Source of the DNA: Octopus sinensis
Lineage: Eukaryota
Reading direction: 5' to 3'
Length of the DNA: 56,925 nucleotides
Assembly (NCBI RefSeq): GCF_006345805.1
Contig: NW_021833715.1
Location: forward strand, 1 to 56,925
The notes beneath the pieces were generated by a model that saw only the letters and a list, made by a program, of their open reading frames with translations, searched no databases and had not been told where the DNA came from. Both the position numbers and the translations under genes were made by a program. Below, one piece after another: positions 47,626 through 56,925 of the stretch (positions are counted from its first letter, which is position 1; each line of letters starts with the position of its first letter).

Positions 47626-48062
47626 GTAAGTATTTGTTTTCTTAATTTTTGTTATTTTTTTTATCGTTGTTTCTATGGCAATGGATTGGGCAGAATTAAT
47701 TAAACATCAGGCAAAATGCTTGGTGGTATTTAATTGCTTTCTTTTCAAGATGGACATTGCCATTTTATTCTTCTGGAAACAATAGTTAAGAAGTCTTATT
47801 GTTCCATGACGAAATTCCAGGGTTGATTCCATTGCCTGGCCTCTTTGAAGCAGGTCGGTCCAAGCCTTTTCGGTTAAATCTGGACGACTCTGTAGAAGTT
47901 GGAAGAAATGGCATTGAGTATTCTATCCAAGGAACTACCAATTCTGCCCACTCATTTGAAATGGAATTGGTGTTTGTGTCTCATATTCACAAAAATGACC
48001 ATTCCAAGATGCACACACTCACACACACACATATGCATGCATGTATATATGTATGTATGTAT

Positions 48063-48093
<31 letters not shown>

Positions 48094-48199
48094 CAAATAA
48101 GAAATTGGAGAAGCAAATTCAGTTTGTTCATCAACTTACGGATGTTAAAATGTTAGATTATTTATTCATTTTACAAATGAGAACATCAAAAGCATACAA

Positions 48200-48247
<48 letters not shown>

Positions 48248-48379
48248 ATATGTAACAATGTATACATATATAGTGTGTGTGTATGTGTATATATATATAT
48301 ATATATGTAGATGTATATATATATATGTGTGTATATATATATACATCTATATATATATGTTATATATATGTGTGTGTGT

Positions 48380-48424
<45 letters not shown>

Positions 48425-48427
48425 AGT

Positions 48428-50100
48428 CCTCCAGGCAATTACGGAGGAATTCAAGACAGGCTGTCCGGGAGCTCCTCTACACTGACGACCTTGCTCTTAT
48501 GCTGAGTCACTATCAGAACTGGAGGAGAAGTTCCAGGTGTGGAAGGTGGGTTTAGAATCGAGGGGCCTTAGAGTCAACCTAGCTAAAACCAAAGTACTAA
48601 TAAGTAGGAAGGTAGACAATCCACAAATGTCTTCAGGAAGATGGCCCTGCTCAATCTGTAGAAAAGGTGTAGGTAGAAACTCTATAAGATGTACCCAGTG
48701 TAAGCTATGGACACATAAGATAGTTTTTTGTATGGGAAGATAGTTTTTGTATGTGGCAGATGCTCGGGAGCATTAACCTCCGAAAATCTGCAGAAAACAA
48801 CTTCCGTCACTTTCCAGGGGGAAAAACTAGAAGTAGTTGATAGCTTCCGTTATCTAGGTGACCAAGTCAGTAGTGGGGGTGGGTGCGCTGAAAGTGTAAC
48901 TGCTAGAATAAGAATAGCCTGGGCAAAGTTTAGAGAGCTCTTACCCCTGCTGGTGACAAAAGGCCTCTCGCTCAGAGTAAAAGGCAGACTGTATGATGCA
49001 TGTGTACGAACAGCCATGCTACATGGCAGTGAAACATGGGCCGTGACTGCTGAGGACATGCATAAGCTCGTGAGAAATGAAGCCAGTATACTCCGATGGA
49101 TGTGTAATGTCAGTGTACATACTCGACAGAGCGTTAGCACCTTGAGAGAAATGTTGTACCTAAGAAGCATCAGTTGTGGTGTGCAAGAGAGACGATTGCG
49201 CTGGTATGGTCATGTGGCGAGAATGGATGAAGATAGGTGTGTGCGAAAGTGCCAATCCCTTGCAGTTGAGGGAACCCGTGGAAGAGGTAGACCCAGGAAA
49301 ACCTGGGACGAGGTGGTGAAGCACGACCTTCGAACTTTAGGCCTCACTGAGGAAATGACCAGCGACCAAGACCTTTGGAAATATTCTGTACGTGAGAAGA
49401 CCAGGCAGGACAAGTGAGCCCAGCCCACTTATGAATGCCTTTCCTCCCTTGGACACAAAGACCTGTTGAGGCAAGCGAAGTCGATATAGAACCTCATCCG
49501 ACGACAGGCACCCATGCCAACCCCCTTTGCTTGCGAAGACATGTTGGGGCAAGCGAAAGCGAAATCAAAATCGAATTGAACCAGCCAGGATTCCTGATCT
49601 GGTGGTACGTAAAAAGCACTATCCGACTCGTGGCCGATGCCAGCACCGCCTCCACTGGCTTCCGTGCCGGTGGCACGTAAAATACACCAATCCGACCATA
49701 CGACAGGCACCCATGCCAATCCCCTTTGCTTGCGAAGACATGTTGGGGCAAGCGAAATCGAAATCGAATTGAACCAGCCAGGATCCCTGGTCTGGTGGTA
49801 CGTAAAAAGCACTATCCGACTCGTGGCCAATGCCAGCACCGCCTCGACTGGCTTCCATGCCGGTGGCACATAAAATACACCAATCCGACCGTGGCCGTTG
49901 CCAGCCTCGCCTGGCACCTGTGCCGGTGGCATGTAAAAAGCATCCACTACACTCACGGAGTGGTTGGCGTTAGGAAGGGCATCCAGCTGTAGAAACACTG
50001 CCAGATAAGACTGGAGCCTGGTGCAGCCTTATGGCTTCCCAGACCCCAGTTGAACCGTCCAACCCATGCTAGCATGGAAAATGGACATTAAATGATGATG
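48428..50100 (+). mobile_element. Second RTE LINE copy, 5'-truncated, with internally duplicated 3' UTR
   Basis: Same family as 13512-18503 (FRYLG, LHGSETW, RLRWYGHV, RGRPRKTW) with (TGA)n tail. Confidence 0.9.
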
Positions 50101-50599
50101 ATACGTAGTTATGTGTGTGTGAGTGTAGTCAATTAAAAAAAAAAAACGTAAAAAACAAACGTGAAGACGTGTGCAAGAAATATATTAACTTGACACTCAG
50201 TGAAAGGAGAGTTATATTCTTACATATATGTATATGTATATATATATACTTTATTTAAAGCAGCAGAAAATTCAACAAAATCTGTTACTCTGAGTTTCTC
50301 GTTGCCGTTCATCAGACAGTTTTTGCTAGAATGTATATATATATAAATGTATACACACAGATACACACACACACACATTTGTAGATTTATATAATCTATA
50401 AAGTTATGCTGTGTAAGAGAGTGATTTTGCATTTCAGGACTTTAGGAATAATGGGAGCTGGTTTTATTGCTGACGTGGAAACCAGGAATATGGAAGAACG
50501 ACTGAATGTGATGAAAACAGCAATAGAAAGGGACAAGGAAGAGCGGAAGTGAGTTTGCACCTTCTTTTTGTTTTTTTTTTCTTGAGTTAATCTTTAATC

Positions 50600-51250
50600 T
50601 TGAATCCTAAATTTCGGTGGCACGTAAAAAGCACCGTCCGAATGTGGCTGATGCCAGCGCCACCTGACTGGCGTCTGTGTCAGTGACATGTAAAAAGCAC
50701 CAGCCAATTGTGGCCGTTTGCCAGCCTCTCCTGGCCTCTGTGCCGGTGGCATGTAAAAAGCACCATCCGATCGTGGATGTTTGCCAGCCTCCTCCAGCCC
50801 CTGTGCCAGTGGCACATAAAAAGCACCATCCGATCGTGGATGTTTGCCAGCCTCCTCCAGCCCCTGTGCCGGTGGCACGTAAAAAGCACCATCCAATCGT
50901 GGCTGTTTATCAGCCTCTTCTGGCCCTGTGCTGGTGGCATGTAAAAAGCACAATCCGATAGTGGTCCTTTGCCAGCCTCCTCTGGCCCCTGTGCCAGTGA
51001 CACATAAAAAGCACTAACCGATCGTGGCCGTTTGCCAGCCTCCTCTGGCCCTTGTGCCGGTGGCATGTAAAAAGCATCCACTACACTCATGGAGTGGTTG
51101 GCATTAGGAAAGGCATCCAGCTGTAGAAACACTGCCAGATCAGACTGGAGCCTGGTGCAGCCTCCTGGCTTCCCAGACCCCAGTTGAACCGTCCAACCCA
51201 TGCTAGCATGGAAAATGGACGTTAAACAATGATGATGATGATGATGAGGG
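50600..51250 (+). repeat. Solo RTE 3' UTR with expanded internal about 63-bp tandem repeat (about 7 units)
   Basis: AAAAAGCAC..CCGATCGTGG..TTTGCCAGCC unit repeated over 50620-51070, then the standard GGAGTGGTTGG..CATGCTAGCATGG..(TGA)n end. Other solo copies near 741, 6780, 6950, 20945, 21830, 30950, 34850, 46300, 46830, 53130, 54750. Confidence 0.85.
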
Positions 51251-52900
51251 AAACCAGATAATTGTTTTTTTTTAAACTTGCTTTTATTTGAATTTATCAT
51301 GTTTTTATAAGTGCTATAAGTATGAATTTTTGATTTTGTTTAGCTTTTACCTGTTTCAGTCATTAGACTGCAGCCATGCTGGAGCAACACCTTGAAGGAA
51401 TTGGCTCCAGGAAATATTTTTTAAACCTGGTACTTCTACTATTGGTCTCTTTTGCTGAACTGCTAATTTACGGGGACATAAACACACCAACACCAGCTGT
51501 CAAATAGTGATAGACAGGGGGAGAAATACAGACACACACACATAGATATATATACATATATATATGACAGGCTTTTTTTAGTTACCATCAGCCAAATCCA
51601 CTCACACGGCTTTGGTCGGCCCGAGGCTATAGTAGAAGGCACCTACTTGGATTTGGTAGACGGAAACTGAAAGAAGCCCGTAGTATATATGTATATATAT
51701 GTATGTATGTGTGTGTGTGTGTATGTTTATGTGTTTGTGTTTGTCCCCACCCCTAGGATCTCTTGACAACCGATGGTGGTGTGTTTACGACCCCATAACT
51801 TAGCGGTTCGGCAAAGGAGACCGATAGAATAAGTACTAGGCTTACAAAGAATAAGTTCTAGGGTCGATTTGCTCGAATAAAGGCAGTGCTCCAGCATGGC
51901 CACAGTCAAATGCCTGAAACAAGTAAAAGAGTAAAGAGAGAATATATTCATTTTTCTGACTCACCTTTTTGGCACTCCTGCTCATGAAATCAACATGAAA
52001 GTGGCTGAGTACCCCACAGACATGCATATCCTTAACATAGTCCTCAGGGAGATTCAGTGTGACACAGAGTGTGACAAGGCTGGCCCCTTTGAAATACATG
52101 TATCACTCATTTTTGCTGAGGGGACTAGAGCAGCATGAAACGGGGGAGCGTTCGAGACATGGGTAGAAACGACGGGGACTTAGCAGTTCAGCAAAAGACA
52201 CCAATAGAATATATACCTATTTCTTTACTACCCGCAAGGGGCTAAATTCAGAGAGGACAAACAAGGACAGACAAATGGATTAAGTTGATTACATCGACTC
52301 AGTGCATAACTGGTACTTATTTAATCGACCCCGAAAAGATGAAAGGCAAAGTCGACATCGGCAGAATTTGAACTCAGAACGGATAAGCATTTTGGGCAAT
52401 ATACTCTCTCTTTACTGAAAGAAGCCCGTTGTATATATGTATATATATATATATATGTATGCATGTGTGTATGTTTATGTGTTTGTGTTTGTCCCCCCAC
52501 CATCACTTGACAACTGATGCTGGTGCGTTTATGTCCTCGTAACTTAGCAGTTCAACAAAAGAGACTGATAGAGTAATTACTAGGCTTACAAAGAATAAGT
52601 TCTGGGGTCGATTTGCTTGACTAAAGGCGGTGCTCCAGCATGACCACAATATATATATATATACATACCATGCTTTAAAAAGTAAGGTACTACAGTTCAT
52701 TCATTTGGCTAAAATCTTTTCAAGGCGGTGCCCCAGAATGGCCACAGTCTAATGACTGAATCGAGTGAAACCCAGGGACACAATGCATTGCCAGGAATTG
52801 AACTCATGACCATAAGATTGTGACCCAGACACCCTTACCACTAAGCCACGCGCCTTCACTCTTTTTTCTTATATTTTTGTTATAATTTTTTTTTTTCCAG

Positions 52901-52938
52901 AAAGCGAGGCGGCCTTTACTGGACATCAGGTCAAAAGG
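52901..52938 (+). CDS. Exon B of plus-strand gene (KRGGLYWTSGQK), copy 1
   Basis: Long T tract + CCAG acceptor and G|GTAAAC donor. 38 nt, phase 2 to phase 1, linking exon A to exon C without a stop. Confidence 0.6.
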
Positions 52939-54527
52939 GTAAACTGAACAAATATGCAGATAAAATTCTAACAGCACCCAATTACAAAATGGTAAGGGTC
53001 TAAACGATATTTGTCGTCATCATCATCATCGTCATTTTTATCAACACCATCACTGTCATCTTCATTGTCACCATATAGATGTACACCCATCTATCATCAC
53101 CATCATCACCATCATCATCATCATCATCATCGTCGTTTAACGTCCGCTTTCCATGCTAGCATGGGTTGGACGGTTCGACCGGGGATCCGGGAAGCCAGAA
53201 GGCTGCACCAAGCTCCAGTGTTTCTACAGCTGGATGCCCTTCCTAATGCCAACCACTCTGTGAGTGTTGTGGGTGCTTTTTACGTGCCACCGGCACAGGT
53301 GCCAGGCGAGGCTGGCAACGGCCACGATCGGTTGGTACTTTTTATGTGCCACCGGTACAGGTGCCAGGCGAGGCAGCGCTGGCAACAGCCCCATTGTGAT
53401 AGTTCTTTTACGTGCCACCGGCACTGGTATCGCAACTGCAATTTCCATTGATTTTTGATCGATTTCGATTTCACTTGCCTCAACAGGTCTTCGCAAGCTG
53501 AGTTTTGTGTCCCAAGAAGGAAAGGTATGCATAAGTGGACTGGCTACATCCCATGTAGAGGCCACGGGTTATGGTCTCACTTGTCCTACTGGGTCTTCTC
53601 ACGCACATGCATATATATCATTGTCAGCATCATTTACTGTCCGTTTTCCAATCTGGCATGGGTTGGACGGTGTGACAGGAGCTGGTGACCCAGAGGGCTG
53701 CACCAGGCTTCATTTGTTCTGTTTTGGCATGGTTTCTAAGGCTGGATGCCCTTCCTAATGCCCCAGCCACTTTACAGAGTATGTATATATATGTATGTGC
53801 GAATGTGAGTGAGGGTGTGTGGATGTGTATATGTGTATATATATATATATAAATATATATATATGTCCCTTTTTAAAGTAGAAGAAATAGCTAAGGTCTT
53901 TGGCTGCTATTTCTAAACTTCGGTATGTGGTAAGCAAATCTTTGCTGAACCCTAATTATCAAGTATTACTTAAGTTACCGTGAAATGGTCCTTTTTTCAT
54001 GCCGAATTCTACTTGGTGAAATTATTGATTACTTCTTAATTAATTAATTTTACCCTCTGTTAATATTGATATATATATATATATAATATATGTATGCATG
54101 TGTGTATGTTTATGTGTTTGTGTTTGTCCCCCCACCATCACTTGAACAACTGATGCTGGTGCGTTTATGTCCTCGTAACTTAGCAGTTCAACAAAGAGAC
54201 TGATAGAGTAATTACTAGGCTTACAAAGAATAAGTTCTGGGGTCGATTTGCTTGACTAAAGGCGGTGCTCCAGCATGACCACAATATATATATATATATA
54301 CATACCATGCTTTAAAAAGTAAGGTACTACAGTTCATTCATTTGGCTAAAATCTTTTCAAGGCGGTGCCCCAGAATGGCCACAGTCTAATGACTGAATCG
54401 AGTGAAACCCAAGGACACAATGCATTGCCAGGAATTGAACTCATGACCATAAGATTGTGACCCAGACACCCTTACCACTAAGCCACGCGCCTTCACTCTT
54501 TTTTGTTATAATTTTTTTTTTTTCCAG

Positions 54528-54565
54528 AAAGCGAGGCGGCCTTTACTGGACATCAGGTCAAAAGG
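54528..54565 (+). CDS. Exon B of plus-strand gene, identical copy 2 inside the tandem duplication
   Basis: Same 38 nt and same splice sites as 52901-52938. Confidence 0.5.
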
Positions 54566-55681
54566 GTAAACTGAACAAATATGCAGATAAAATTCTAACA
54601 GCACCCAATTACAAAATGGTAAGGGTCTAAACGATATTTGTCGTCATCATCATCATCGTCATTGTTATCAACACCATCACTGTCATCTTCATTGTCACCA
54701 TATAGATGTACACCCATCTATCATCACCATCATCATCATCATCATCATCGTCGTTTAACGTCCGCTTTCCATGCTAGCATGGGTTGGACGGTTCGACCGG
54801 GGATCTGGGAAGCCAGAAGGCTGCACCAAGCTCCAGTGTTTCTACAGCTGGATGCCCTTCCTAATGCCAACCACTCTGTGAGTGTTGTGGGTGCTTTTTA
54901 CGTGCCACCGGCACAGGTGCCAGGCGAGGCTGGCAACGGCCACGATCGGTGGTACTTTTTATGTGCCACCGGTACAGGTGCCAGGCGAGGCAGCGCTGGC
55001 AACAGCCCTTGTGATAGTTCTTTTACGTGCCACCGGCACTGGTGTCGCAACTGCAATTCCATTGATTTTTGATCGATTTCGATTTCACTTGCCTCAACAG
55101 GTCTTCGCAAGCTGAGTTTTGTGTCCCAAGAAGGAAAGGTATGCATAAGTGGACTGGCTACATCCCATGTAGAGGCCACGGGTTATGGTCTCACTTGTCC
55201 TACTGGGTCTTCTCACGCACATGCATATATATCATTGTCAGCATCATTTACTGTCCGTTTTCCAATCTGGCATGGGTTGGACGGTGTGACAGGAGCTGGT
55301 GACCCAGAGGGCTGCACCAGGCTTCATTTGTTCTGTTTTGGCATGGTTTCTAAGGCTGGATGCCCTTCCTAATGCCCCAGCCACTTTACAGAGTATGTAT
55401 ATATATGTATGTGCGAATGTGAGTGAGGGTGTGTGGATGTGTATATGTGTATATATATATATATAAATATATATATATGTCCCTTTTTAAAGTAGAAGAA
55501 ATAGCTAAGGTCTTTGGCTGCTATTTCTAAACTTCGGTATGTGGTAAGCAAATCTTTGCTGAACCCTAATTATCAAGTATTACTTAAGTTTACCGTGAAA
55601 TGGTCCTTTTTTCATGCCGAATTCTACTTGGTGAAATTATTGATTACTTCTTAATTAATTAATTTTACCCTCTGTTAATAT

Positions 55682-55719
<38 letters not shown>

Positions 55720-56033
55720 CGTCCTTGATGCCCTTTTCAAGCCTAGCCAGGCTCATGGGCCCGGTTTCCCAGTTTCTGTGACGTATGTGTTCCCCCCAGC
55801 TTGACGGGACGCCAGTCCATCGCAGCGTTACTCAAGAAACAGGAAGAGAGAGTGAGAGAAAGTTGTGGTGAAAGAGTACAACAGGGGTCACCACCACCCC
55901 CTGCCGGAGCCTCGTGGAGCTTTAGGTGTTTTCGCTCAATAAACACACACAATGCCCGGTCTGGGAATCGAAACCACAATCTTCCGACCATGAGTCCACT
56001 TGCCCTAACCACTGGGCCATTGCGCCTCCATAC

Positions 56034-56062
<29 letters not shown>

Positions 56063-56066
<4 letters not shown>

Positions 56067-56259
56067 AGGTATACTTGCCATCTCAATATGCCTAACCACT
56101 AAGGGTGGGTGTTACTGTAGCTTGTAGCCCCAGGAGAACACCGTCTCCAGCTGGCTTTAGGCACACTTTCTGTGGAGACGGTGTTCTCCTGGGGCTACAA
56201 GCTACAGTAACACCCACCCTTAGTGGTTAGCCATATTGAGATGGCAAGTATACCTCACA
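56063..56259. repeat. Near-perfect hairpin: 87-bp arms, 23-nt loop, one mismatch
   Basis: 56063-56149 is the reverse complement of 56173-56259. Confidence 0.95.
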
Positions 56260-56299
56260 TTGTCGTGCAGTTACTGTTTATACCTCGTTCAGAGATTTA

Positions 56300-56760
56300 T
56301 TATTGCTTATATATATATAGTTGGAATTTACAAAAAAATAAAAGGCGAAGACAGGTGTATAAACAACAAACAGGTGTATTAGTTTAATGCTTGGGAAGGT
56401 GAGAAAGTCTTTTACATTTCGAGCCTGCACTCTTCAACAGAAAGGAACATGAGGAAATAAACAGAGAAAGAATAAAAAAGGCTTTAGTGGCAGGTGGTCA
56501 ATCATGATGGCTGGCTGGACAGAGGTGGTCAGACAGGAGCACTAGGAAGAAGGGGAGATAATAAAGTAGGGGGATCCCAAAATGAAGTTGTGCATGTGGA
56601 TAGGGGCTAGTGACCTTGACGTGTGGATATGTAGGTATGTGGATGAAGGCATGGGTGCTGGGAAGTGGTCAGTGCTAGTGTGTGTAGGGTGCTGTGATGT
56701 GGTGTGGTATGTGGTGTGGTGGTGTTGAAGTGTGGTGAAAATCACTGTATACAATAATTT
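56300..56760 (-). mobile_element. PLE 3'-end fragment (family 3) with degenerate hammerhead (56408-56445)
   Basis: CTTT-CTGTTGA-A-GAGT(GCAG)GCTC-GAAA-TGTA-AAAG on the minus strand; ends in (TA)n. Confidence 0.6.
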
Positions 56761-56841
56761 TATTATTATTATGGAAATATTTGCATTTTTGCCTGTCTTA
56801 AACGTTTTTCTGCTTGTTTTCCTTTTTACTTCTTTTGGCAG

Positions 56842-56878
56842 ATGAAGAACTTGAGATTGCTAACGGACGAAAAAGTTG
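56842..56878 (+). CDS. Exon C of plus-strand gene (D-EELEIANGRKS-W/C); gene continues beyond the window
   Basis: Strong acceptor TTTTTACTTCTTTTGGCAG and donor G|GTAAGT. 37 nt; phase 1 entry matches exon B. Confidence 0.65.
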
Positions 56879-56925
56879 GTAAGTACAGCCATCACCGTTG
56901 CCATCGACTTTGTCATTGCTGTCAT

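Larger units (their letters stand above)
52457..55685. repeat. Recent tandem duplication, 2 x about 1.63 kb, containing exon B
   Basis: Near-identical sequence at +1614-1635 bp; units are bounded by (TA)n. Confidence 0.95.

Noticed and set aside
1246-52700. Dozens of 60-150 aa ORFs (THTHIYIY-, YIYIY-, VCVCV-rich; recurring RLPNPLTR/DTCPRCHAVG peptides)
   Set aside because: They are translations of SINE bodies and CA/TA microsatellites, recurring in every copy with no coding signature.
56842-56878. MKNLRLL... reading resembling an ELP1 N-terminus
   Set aside because: Only a 7-residue resemblance, and the upstream exon phases favour the other frame (DEELEIANGRKS). Cannot be excluded without downstream exons.

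Overview
This is AT-rich, microsatellite-dense animal genomic DNA. The SINE, RTE and Penelope repeat families suggest a cephalopod, probably Octopus (inference). Most of the window is repeat-derived, and most of the supplied ORFs are artefacts of microsatellites or SINEs. Two spliced genes are arranged head-to-head. On the minus strand is CHCHD5, a quadruple CX9C mitochondrial protein with coding exons at 19276-19418 and 10151-10297; the second exon carries a +1 frameshift in a homopolymer. On the plus strand is an unidentified gene with an RFX X-box at 29489 and small phase-compatible exons at 47565, 52901 (duplicated at 54528) and 56842. The introns and intergenic space hold: (i) a 4.2-kb Penelope-like element (RT + C-terminal GIY-YIG) with about 1-kb inverted pseudo-LTRs, each carrying a hammerhead ribozyme; (ii) a roughly 350-bp tandem, non-coding, hammerhead-containing retrozyme-like array, plus two further hammerhead-bearing families; (iii) a Ty3/Gypsy element lacking RT/RNase H, whose 5' LTR is inverted and which is flanked by a 172-bp direct duplication of its RTE host; (iv) RTE and CR1/L2 LINE fragments, a CR1-derived 122-bp satellite, a 16-bp minisatellite with higher-order structure, piggyBac-type and other MITEs, Helitron-type elements, two recent 1.5-1.6-kb tandem duplications and several long fold-back hairpins. 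No prokaryotic-type system is present.
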